This document shows positions 1-9,891 of a DNA stretch of 64,000 nt, piece by piece. Each line of letters begins with the position of its first letter. Positions within the stretch are counted from its first letter, which is position 1. Origin of the DNA: Oikopleura dioica (lineage: Eukaryota; Animalia; Chordata); contig OU015567.1 of assembly GCA_907165135.1 (NCBI GenBank), forward strand, positions 372,001 through 436,000, read 5' to 3'. Below the pieces are notes generated by a model, which saw only the letters and a program-made list of their open reading frames with translations, was not told the DNA's origin and searched no databases. Made by a program: the position numbers and the translations under genes.

Positions 1-59
1 CACGGCGTCCCGCTAGCTCTCGAGCTCCGAGCACAAGTGAGAGACCGAGAATCAGGTAA

Positions 60-562
60 AATTCGAATCCGACTTACCCTAAGCTAAATTTTTCGATAGG
101 ACTCGTCCTCAAGACTCTCGAAGGTCACACCAGAATCGCCTCGGACTACTTAGCCCGCTATGGAGCCAAAGCAGGACTCTCTAAGAAGGTTTATAACTTA
201 AAATCCTCACGTACCGTAAGAATCCAATTCAGGTTTCCGCACATTCAGGCAGAGTCAGTTTCTACATCGAAGGACGACGCTCTGGCCTCTCTCAACAAAC
301 GCTCGCGCACACGCTCCGCTGGGCGCCAGGAAGCTCGATGCCGGACTACTACGAAAGATGCTGGCTTGAGTGCAGCAATTTGGGAGCGCCAGTCAGCGTC
401 GCAAAATCAAGAGCCAGAAAGCGAAACGGAAGCGACAACGAAGACAACTCTCTTCAGGTAAAAACCAGCATGACAAGGGAGACTCCTTCATTTAAAAAGG
501 TTTCAGATACCCCAAGAACCACAAGAAGCCAATCAAGAGCAAAAGAAACAGAAAACAACTGA
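60..562 (+). pseudogene. Tyrosine recombinase C-terminus, frameshifted/degenerate
   Basis: HSGR, LRW and DYY motifs in the frame running 197-562. Upstream coding-like text (RIASDYLARYGAKAGL) is in a different frame, with stops between. Confidence 0.7.
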
Positions 563-677
563 AGCTTAGTCCACAGATGACGCTGTCAACATGAAAAAGA
601 GTCTTTCCATCCTTTTTTTTCCTGCCAAATTAGAATCCTTAGACATCGATTGACGAGAATAACGAGAATGGTAGGGA

Positions 678-722
678 GGGAATATTCCCATTACCATTGT
701 TATTTGTGCGTGATTATAATAC
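678..722 (+). repeat. 45-bp direct repeat copy 1 (B1), starting with the palindrome GGGAATATTCCC
   Basis: gggaatattcccattaccattgttatttgtgcgtgattataatac, identical to 1114-1158. Confidence 0.95.
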
Positions 723-1113
723 GAATCTAGGACAAGGGATTAGCAGCCCGCTAGAAATAGAACGCGGCAGGAAGCCTAGTAACCAGAGGCAGGGATTCCC
801 AGGAGGCAGCGGAAGGTGTCAAAGGCGCCCGAGAGCACCTGGTTTCGAGCGGGTGCCCCGGAATCACGCAGGTTCATTCGAAAGGTTCTTAGCCTACAGC
901 TAAAACCTAAAACGAGGAATTTTAAATAGAGCCTTTTTCTCAGCAGAAGCATTACCAATAAGACTCCTAGCTGAATCAAAAAGACTCTCCCGCCCACCAT
1001 CCCTGAAATAAGCAGTACATGTAGGGTAAAACGAGCACACGCCCTACATACTGCCCAGTCCATTACCTTAGAAAGGCTCTTTCTCTACCACAGTATTGTA
1101 ATTGCGCGTGCTC

Positions 1114-1158
1114 GGGAATATTCCCATTACCATTGTTATTTGTGCGTGATTATAATAC
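1114..1158 (+). repeat. 45-bp direct repeat copy 2 (B2)
   Basis: Identical to 678-722. Confidence 0.95.
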
Positions 1159-1454
1159 ACATCGGAACTATGAACCATCTGAAGCGGGTAGGTGCATTTC
1201 CACTCAAAAATCTTCTGCGTTCCAAAAGTACCGACTTCCAATCCAGCTGTGCTCGATCGATCGGGGAAGAAGTGAGTCACGTGGTTGGAGAAAACAGCAT
1301 GGGTCGCATTGGTGTTCAGGTTCGTCCCGCAGTTGAGAAAATCCGAAGTGTTTTCATCCCCAAGACACATTTTAAACGTCGTCGCGTCTTCATAAACATG
1401 GAGCTCGTTGCAGAGCTGGCTGAAGTGGAGACCCCACCATTTGTCCTCGTGCCA
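1159..1454 (-). repeat. 296-bp inverted duplicate of ZP-gene exon sequence 3731-4026
   Basis: Reverse complement of 3731-4026; ORF-track translations of both copies are identical over the shared part. Confidence 0.95.
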
Positions 1455-1533
1455 AAAGTAGTAAGAGATGAGAAAAGAGATAAAAACTCGTGCAGAGAGC
1501 TGTAACTGTAAATCATCCCTCGGCCCGTGTCGC

Positions 1534-1599
1534 GGCACACCTTTACCAGTGCGCTGGGGAGTTAAACTTATGGAACCCAGCCGCATTGGTCAAGGTGCC
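1534..1599. other. 66-nt imperfect hairpin
   Basis: acctt/aaggt, accagtgcg/cgcattggt and ctggg/cccag pairings around a 17-nt loop. Confidence 0.6.
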
Positions 1600-1646
1600 A
1601 CCTGACCGGATGGGAAAATGACAGCATGAAAGGAAGCACAAAGCAT

Positions 1647-1694
1647 TAAGGGTGTCCACATCGAATAGAATCAATTTCGATGTTGACACCCTTA
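1647..1694. repeat. Short palindrome / mini-MITE remnant
   Basis: taagggtgtc-c-acatcgaa ... ttcgatgt-t-gacaccctta. Confidence 0.7.
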
Positions 1695-2137
1695 TTGTTC
1701 ACTTCACATGCTTGGCCTTTTCTCTAACGCCAAAATCGACCTCATGTAATCGAACTGGATACCCTTAACCGGGCTGGACGCTAAAAATCTGTCTTGGTAA
1801 ATCGTTAGCACCAGAAATTGACAACCATCTGAGAAATCTGGTTGTGAACAGACGGTAGCAAACGGCGCTGATGACACCTTCGACTGTAACTCTCCATTTT
1901 ATCATTTGACTGTTCTTCAGTTGATGATTTTTTCTGCAGAAAATGATCAAAAAAGAATCTGAATAAAACCATATCTTTCTTCCAAGACAGGGATGGAAAT
2001 ATGACAAAATTTCAAGCCCCTTAAATAAAAAATCAAGGAACGGGGCTGAAATGGCACTTCGTTTCCTTTAATTTTTTTTATTTGATGTTAAAATAGTGTT
2101 ATTCTGTGCCGCGGTGCCGCAACCAGATTTTGTTCTC

Positions 2138-2202
2138 CGGCACGGCACGGTACGGCACGTGCCGTGCCGTGCCATGCCGCTGTGCCGTGCCGTGCCGTGC
2201 CG
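2138..2202. repeat. Palindromic (GGCAC)n/(GTGCC)n pentamer array
   Basis: cggcacggcacggtacggcacgtgccgtgccgtgccatgcc... Confidence 0.85.
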
Positions 2203-2597
2203 CTCAGATTTCCATCCCTGTTCCAAGACGAGATTCCGTGAATTGTTTACTAGACGCCGAAACTGACGCCCAAGATTTGAGATAGAAATCGACAATCTTG
2301 GGCAGTAATTAAAAACTCTAATTGACAATCTTGGCCGCTGAAATTCGCTCAGCTACGGTAAATGCTGAACTCGCCAACTAGTGATTAATTTTCCATGAAG
2401 CGATATTCCTATTCCAGACCGTCCAAATGAACCAGCTGGTTGTTCCCCTTCCGATATCGCTTATCAACTCAGCATGATTTCAATTTGCGCGAACGCATGC
2501 CCAACAAGTGGCTCAGTTAACGAGAAAAGGCTAATTCAAGAAGCTGATTTCTATTTTTTTTACTTTTGTACTTTTTCTTTTGTTTTATTTCTGAAAA

Positions 2598-4916
2598 ATG
2601 AAGACAAATACTGTTTTGGCGACTGTATTGGCCCAGGCCGCGAGCGGACTAAGAGTTGATTTCGGAAATAATGACTCGAAAAGTTACAGGTAAACAGTAA
2701 GGGAAGGGACTAAGCTGGGCAACCTGTGTTGAAAACCTGAGTCAGGGTCTTGAAAGCGTTTTTATGAAAAGCTGCGACTCAGCGACCCTAACCCTGACTC
2801 AGGTTTGCTTAACAGGTTGCCGAGCCCACGGTGACCCCCTTAAAACACTATGTTTGCAGATCACTAGACGAGCTCCAGAAGCAACGCGTCCGGGCCGCCT
2901 CTAGAATCGCCACCGACCGCGAATCGTTCATCGCCAATCTTCGCAAAAACAACTTTTTCGCCGTTCCCGAATTCGAAATCACAAAAATCGTAGACTTGAA
3001 TGTCGACCTTCGCGATGTGCGACCAAACGACATTGATGTTGATTTTCTGAAAATGAATCGCGGCTTTGGTTTTTTGGAGAGTGACGATCCTCAAAGCCGA
3101 AGTCCGAGAAAGACGATTTTGGATGATGAGCCGAAAGAAGAGGTTTTTGAGAGCTTTTCAGAGGAGGCAATCGAGCTGGATTTTGAGGCTTCCGGGGAAG
3201 GATCAGGAAAGAGTCTTGAATAGAGGACATACTTTGAGTCTAAGACCTAATCTTTTTGTATCGGGCAATTTTCAAAACTCTGCAGGCTCCGATCCATTGA
3301 CAACCGAGAGTCCACTTACAACCGAAAAATCTACCGTAGAATGGATGGAAGAAAATACCACTCGATTGGAACTGTGGTCAACCGTAAACGGATACGAAAA
3401 TGAAGAATCGACAACATCAGAGATTTATACAACATCTGGGACAACAACATTGGAACCAACTCAAACAACTCAAAATGCTGAAACAAGATTTAATCCAATA
3501 GATAAGGCAGCTTTTTCGGCAATCCAGGGGCGGTTCTCTTCCTTGATTTTTGAACTTTATTGAGCAAGAATTGATTTGAACCAAGAAACAGTTACTACTG
3601 AGAGCAATCAGCCAATCACTTCCGTAATCAAAATCGAAGATGAAGCTCTCTCAATCGCTCCCTCTGTTGATGTTCAGTGCTCTGCAAAACCATCTGCGTC
3701 GAGTTCACCAAGTCCTATCTCGCCCAACACTGGCACGAGGACAAATGGTGGGGTCTCCACTTCAGCCAGCTCTGCAACGAGCTCCATGTTTATGAAGACG
3801 CGACGACGTTTAAAATGTGTCTTGGGGATGAAAACACTTCGGATTTTCTCAACTGCGGGACGAACCTGAACACCAATGCGACCCATGCTGTTTTCTCCAA
3901 CCACGTGACTCACTTCTTCCCCGATCGATCGAGCACAGCTGGATTGGAAGTCGGTACTTTTGGAACGCAGAAGATTTTTGAGTGGAAATGCACCTACCCG
4001 CTTCAGATGGTTCATAGTTCCGATGTTCTTTATAAGTAAGAACGCTCCAAGTCTTCTTTCATTCACTTTTATAGAGGCCAAAATACAGCGAAAAGATCGT
4101 CATCGATTCACTCGATGCTTCTGGAAAGTTTGGAGTGGATTTTGAATTGTATGCCGATGAAAACTACACGGATTTGATCAATCTTTCAAGGTAAAATAAT
4201 TTCTTTAGGATTTGAGTGAGACAATTTTTAGCCCGACTTTGGATACAGGAAATTTTCTGAACATGAAAGTCGTTCTCGAAGAACCAATGAATGGGACAAA
4301 CCTTCAAGTTGTCTCTTGCTGGGCAACTCCTACTGAAGACATCAACGGTAAAAACCATAAAACGCAATCCATTTTCGTAACTTTTTGAAAGATAAGGATG
4401 GTTTCGAGTTCTACGACGATTTTTGCACAACTCCAATCGGCTCACAAATCGAAATGACGATCCGCGAAAATGGACAAGAATCCGAAGTTCTCTGGCAATC
4501 CCGAGTTTTCAAGTAAGACAAAAGTTTTCTTCGTTGATGATGATTTTCTTAGATTCACAAACTCTGAAAATGTCTACATGCACTGCAAAGTCAATGTCTG
4601 CATCGAAGACTTTGATGGTAGCTGCGCTGTCGAATGCGCAAAATCTCGATCTCCAAGAGATGTTTCTTACGATGGTCAAAATGTTGTCTCCCTTGGTCCC
4701 ATTCGATTCACTGGCTATTCCAAAGCTGAGTACTTGATAATTGATCCAGCGACAGGACTCGTTGGGGAACAAGGAGAAGAAGCAACTTTTGATGCCGAGT
4801 TTAACTTTATCAACCACTTTCTAATCGCACTGATAACGCTTATCACAATGGTCATGCTCGTTGCAATTTATGGAGCGACAAGAAAATGCCCAACAGAAGA
4901 CTCGACTCTTGCATAA
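2598..4916 (+). CDS. ZP-domain type I membrane protein (Ser/Thr-rich stalk, ZP-N/ZP-C, furin-like RSPR, C-terminal TM); apparent 1-nt frameshift at ~3686
   Basis: Signal-like MKTNTVLATVLAQAASG; VDVQCSA-TICVEF; FEWKCTYP; FGVDFELYADENY; NVYMHCKVNVCIEDFDGSCAVECAKSRSPR; TM FLIALITLITMVMLVAIY; about 6 introns. Confidence 0.8.
2712..2828. mobile_element. MITE family A (TIR ~TGGGCTCGGCAACCTGTGTAGAAAACCTGAGTCAGGG), ZP intron 1
   Basis: gggcaacctgtgttgaaaacctgagtcaggg ... ccctgactcaggtttgcttaacaggttgccgagccca. Confidence 0.85.
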
Positions 4917-5004
4917 TTCTGTTTTATTCCAAGCAATATTGCATGAAAAAGCTATTGTGATAATATATCAGTCTCGATTGCCTCATTCAAATACAATTCA
5001 ATAA

Positions 5005-7844
5005 TTAGATGAAACCATGCATATTTTCATAATTACAGTCGTTTGTCGTGCACGTCTGTTGGCAGCCGCTGAATTCTTCTCCCGTGGAGTTGTATGCATA
5101 GCAAGACTCTTCATTCTTAAATTCAAACGGAGCGCAACCACGATGAGCGAACTGATTAAACTCTTCTTTTAATGGAGGATAAGAAACAAGTTTTGCACTT
5201 GTAGAGAAACAAGCTGTGTTTGAATATCGGGGACACTCAACACTTTTACTAGTTGAATTTTGAGCATAAGAACAAGTTTGGTTTCCATACAAGGAACCAT
5301 TAAGGTTCTCCTGATCACATTGAAAGCATCGTTTGACAGCATTTTCTGACTCAAATTTCTCTGATATTTCCTCTAAGCCTGAATTACAGGCTCTTCCGGC
5401 AATTGAGGGATTACATGTAATTGCGCATTCTTTGTGTTGTGTAAAAGTACCAAGTCCACTCGTACAAAAATTTATAGGCTGATTATCTGTAGTCTTTATA
5501 CAACCGCGAGCAATTGTGAATGTCATCATCCCGTAACGACCCATAGCTGCAATCAATGACGTATGACAGAGATCATAACCTTCAGGACAGGGAGATTATA
5601 TTGTTGTCCATATTTAAAACATCCAGGTTGGCCTTCGATGGTATTATTCCAAATTCCAAGTATTTCAGCACACCGAGCACAAACAGCCAAGCCTATAATT
5701 TACGTTTATTAATGCAATTATTGCTTTGCAATTTCAAAGATGTATTTTCAATTTTTACCGATTTTTGTTGTTGTTGTCTCGGAAACGCCTGTGGTTGTAG
5801 TTGTTGAAGTGGTTTGAACGGGAGGAACAGCGCTTAGGCTTTCCGAATTACAATCTTTAGTTGAGCAAGTGCTTTTGCAATATTTATTTTTGTATCGTTT
5901 ACGGCCATCAGAAGAATATTGTGTGTAACACGTATCAACATTTTCAAGCTCGAATGGTACGCATGCACGATAAAATTCCCCAGGAAGCTCTTGGATTTGA
6001 AAAATTGGCCGAGTTTGTACTTAAAAACGGAATACTTAAAAAAAGATAAACAAATAAAGATAAAGACGATATTCCGTGGCTCGTTCGGAACTAGCATACA
6101 TGCAAGCTGAATTTGCATATCGAGGACACTCAACAGTCTCGTTCCCGACCAGATACCGGGGCAGATTAACACATTTCGAAAATTTGGGGTTAGAACCTCT
6201 GTAATCGCATTGAAAACAACTCTTCACATCGTTCTCTGACTTGAATTTTTCTGAAACTTCCTCAAGGTTTAAATTACACCCGATGCCAGTCGTTCTTGGG
6301 TCGCACAAAGACGTACAGTTTTTGAGCTGAGTCCCACGAGAATAATCAGACACATAACAGTCCTCTTCAACATTATTATTTACGCAGTTCCGTCCAATCT
6401 CAAAGGATATCTCTCCAGACATGGACATATTTGCCAAGAGATATGTCAAGCACAAATCAGTTTGACCCGGACATCTTTTTATGAAATCGCTGCCATCGTG
6501 AAAGCATCCAATATCGCCTTTTCCGATCGTTTTATTCCAAATATCGACTTTTTCCGTACACTTCGCGCAGTTCGCCCAATCTCAAATGAATATAGAAACG
6601 CGAAACTTCAAAGGAAACTTTCTCATTGGTAGATAAATTTTATTTCGTTAACGATAACTTCTCGGACTTACCTTTGTCAAATGGGGTAGTTGTTGTTGTG
6701 GTGGTGGTTGTTGTCGTTGTTGTCGTTGTGGTCGAGGTCGTTTGTACTGGAGGAATGAAGGTCAAGTCTTCATCGTTACATTTGTTATTTGAACATGTGC
6801 TTTTGCAATATGTTGTTTTATATTTTTTACGGCCGTCAGTATAAGTTTCTTCATAGCAAGTTTCTACATTTTCAAGCTCAAAAGGCACGCATCCTCGATG
6901 ATATTCTCTTGATTTGACTCCGCTTTGTAAAATTGGTTTTGTTTGCTCTTTCAAGCGGAATACTTAAAATAAAATCGAATATGATATGTAGTAATGTTTA
7001 TGAAATTCCGTGGCTTTTATTGCACTAGCATATAAGCATGCTGAATTGGCATATCGAGGGCATTCAACAGATTCATCGCCTGTGAGATTCGCGGGTAAAT
7101 ATACACAGTCCGAACTGCTTGGATTACCAACGTGATCGCATTGATAACAACTTGTCACATTATTTTCTGACTCAAATTGATCTGAAACATCCTCAAGGCC
7201 AACATTGCAGCCGATGCCGCTTGCTATTGGGTCACACAAAGATGTACAATTTTGAACTAAGCTTGAACTATAACATTGCCTGTCAAAATCCTTGCCAACG
7301 CATTCTCGTTTTATCTCGTATAAAATTTCTCCATCAGAATACATTTTGGCCCAAAGAGATGCTGAGCATAAATCATTACGATTCGGGCATCTTTGAATAA
7401 AGTCGAAACCATCTTGAAAGCATCCTTCATTGTCATCATTATTGCCGCGCGTTTGGTTCCATATGTCTACCCGTTCTTTGCATCTCGCGCAATTTGCCCA
7501 ATCTGAAGGCAATTTTAGAATTCATTTGAAAATAGAAAAAAATGACAGCTCTTGATACCTTCGTCGAAAGGAGTTGTTGTTGTCGTTGTGGTTGTCGTAG
7601 TTGTAGTTGTTGTCGTGTTGAATGGCTCAAGAATGAAGGGCAAAGTCATGGCCAAAACAATACCGCCGGCAAAAATTAGGACAAGAATAGCCCAAACAGC
7701 TTCCCTGTAGTTACACTTTTTTTCACTCTCGCAAGCTACAAAAGAATGAATTGAAATCTCTTCTCTCGAGAAAGTACTACTTCTTGACGGAGTAATCTCT
7801 CTATTTGATTGTAATTGATCATTTAGATCATTGACTTGCTCCAT
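5005..7844 (-). CDS. Type II membrane protein with tandem Cys-rich Ly6/uPAR-like modules and Thr-rich linkers
   Basis: N-terminal TM AVWAILVLIFAGGIVLAMTLPF; poly-Thr tracts; three similar units (CTSLCDP...GCN.GLE.VS..FESEN.V.SC.QCD...ECPRY.N.AC...RGC.PF...CN). Confidence 0.7.
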
Positions 7845-8169
7845 TTTTTTTATTCTGTCTTTCTCGAGATTCAGTTTTGCGAGAAATTCAGTTATCATCA
7901 GTTTTATAATTGTGTCAATTTACACTTTCATAAATTCGTGAATGACTTTCGCTTGAACAGTAACGTGCTCCTACTGTAGGAATGGGTGCTTCTAAATAAG
8001 TGCTTGAATCATAGAGAATGACATATTTATTTATTGACATATTTCATTTATTGATGCATGAACAAAGATGAGATGAAGAATTTTTTGATTCTATGGTTAT
8101 ATTTCATATACGATTAGGCTTATGGTTAGGGTTAGGGTAACAATGTGACATTATTGATTATTATTTTTC

Positions 8170-8700
8170 TCATTTCAGAAGAAGATGATTATTTGTCGCT
8201 GTTTTCATTTTCGTCCATTGGCGCACTTCTTTTTTCGCAAAAGCAAGAAAAAAGCTCATAAAAATGGTAAAAAGACCAACCGGCACCACAAAAAACTGAT
8301 TCCAATTTGCAGGGTCTCCTAGGGTAAATTTTAAATAAATAATTTCAGCGATTGTTTTGATTTCTTCACCTTGATTTTTGTCTTTCAGCAGGTTAACCAT
8401 GAGCGAAGTTGAAACAAAACCAGCAAAATTCCCAATTCCACCGGCAAAACCAGTCACTATCGGGCCAAAATTTGCTGAAAGCTCGGCAGCAATTGGCAAT
8501 ATCCCGGCTTCTTTTGTTCTATCAGATGAGTTGTCAACATTCACAACTTACTTCCGGTAGCAGCTATAAAAATCATCAAAATAGCAAAGAGGATCGACAC
8601 TCCTACAAAGTTGCAACCAAAAAGTTTGATGCAACAAATGGATGGAAGCATCAAAACCCAGAAAAAAATCATCATTGATTTTTATATTTTATTATGTAAA
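8170..8700 (-). pseudogene. 5'-truncated paralogous fragment (last exons) of the SLC17-like gene at 19686-21318
   Basis: AGILPIAAELSANFGPIVTGFAGGIGNFAGF...DPANWNQFF is shared with ~20990-21318; homology stops at ~8700 with no upstream exons. Confidence 0.75.
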
Positions 8701-8774
8701 AATATACCTGTTGTTTATTAAATGCAAATCAAATATATGCGAAAAATCTGAATCTTGATACCGACCACCTTAGG

Positions 8775-9082
8775 AGCTCAGAATCATCTTTACAGTAAAA
8801 ATAAGGCGTTGGTTCTTCTCGTAAAGAGGGAGATTAGTGAATATTTAACGACAAGGGCGGTGACAGTTTGCCACTGTCAGAAAAAGGTAATATCTGATAA
8901 TCAAAGCCGATGGCAAATCAATGAAAAACGTCACCCAACCCTGTGTCAGATTGATTCCCTCTTGTTTTATGCACATTTCATTTCAGTAAGCAAATTTGGT
9001 AAATTAGCAAAACCAAAAAATTATCAAACAATTCCTTTTTTAAATGACAGCTGGAAGCGAAAATAAGAGAATCGCCCAAAGA
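8775..9082 (+). repeat. Inverted duplicate of ~22950-23255 (3' end of the hypothetical gene)
   Basis: Near-identical core agaatcatctttacagtaaaaataag...gattccctcttgttttatgcacatttcatttcagtaagc. Confidence 0.9.
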
Positions 9083-9891
9083 CTGGCTCTTCAAAAGAAA
9101 TGAGTTTCATCTACTTGTAATATTGGGTTAGGGCTAGAGTTAGGAGAAGGTTAGGCTTATGCAATGTTACCTTCTTGTCAATAAAAACTCAAAAGAAACT
9201 CAATAAAGTGTGATCATACTCCAATCGTAAGTTTTTTTGAGAAAAAGAAGGGCTTTGAGTTGAACTGATCGCTGAAAAAATTCATGAGCGAAAATCAGAA
9301 TTGGCCCAAAAACAAGAATCGAATTGAAAAATTAATTTCCTCCTTCTTTTTTCTTTGAGCGATTAGATTAAAGAAAACAAACCGCACTTTTGTGAAATAA
9401 AGAAAAGTAAATAATTAATCTCGGCGCAATCCAGAAGTCTATCCTTTTATCGGTTTATTGTTTAGGTTTTAGTCGCTTATGAGAATTTTATCGGGTAAAG
9501 GGATGAGAAATTAATTACAAACTTTTTCTATTATAATTCTTTGCACAATAGCGGTTCGTGAACACTTTCATGCCTTTTAATTGAAGGGACCGATAATAGG
9601 GGCCAATAGAAAACTCTACCTTTTTGACAATTGGGCAGAAATAACCGCGGTTAATTTAGTAATAGTTACAGTTATTTTTATGACCCGCCGCACAACGACC
9701 TTGGCCGATGCTCATCAGAGAGATGTGTAAATAAAGAATGACTTCTGTTCCAAAAAAGACAGTCGCAGATCTTTCAGAGGCTACCTCTCTAATTTGATTG
9801 TCAGATAAGGTCGGGCCGATCTTGATGCTACTTTAGGGAATAGAAATTAAACTTAGCAGAAAAACGCTTTTCATCGTCTTTTCCTTTTGAG

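Larger units (their letters stand above)
1..1158 (+). mobile_element. 3' end of a tyrosine-recombinase retrotransposon (Ngaro/PAT-like, split direct repeats B1-A2-B2); 5' part lies outside the window
   Basis: Frame from 197 reads NPIQVSAHSGRVSFYIEGRRSGLSQQTLAHTLRWAPGSSMPDYY, matching the YR HxxR...W...Y catalytic box. It is followed by a 45-bp repeat (678-722), a 391-bp spacer and the same 45-bp repeat (1114-1158). Confidence 0.75.

Noticed and set aside
678-1158. CRISPR-like repeat-spacer-repeat
   Set aside because: Only two repeats with a 391-bp spacer, in a eukaryotic context; better explained as retroelement split direct repeats.
2712-2828. MITE family A as introner elements that create introns
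   Set aside because: In the copies I could check, element ends do not coincide with splice sites; they lie inside introns or between genes.
3680-3695. Programmed ribosomal frameshifting
   Set aside because: The shifts fall in homopolymers, go in both directions, and have no shared stimulatory structure or adjacent stop; indel errors are more parsimonious.
6626-6844. Poly-Val ORF on the + strand
   Set aside because: Antisense shadow of Thr-codon repeats in the minus-strand gene.
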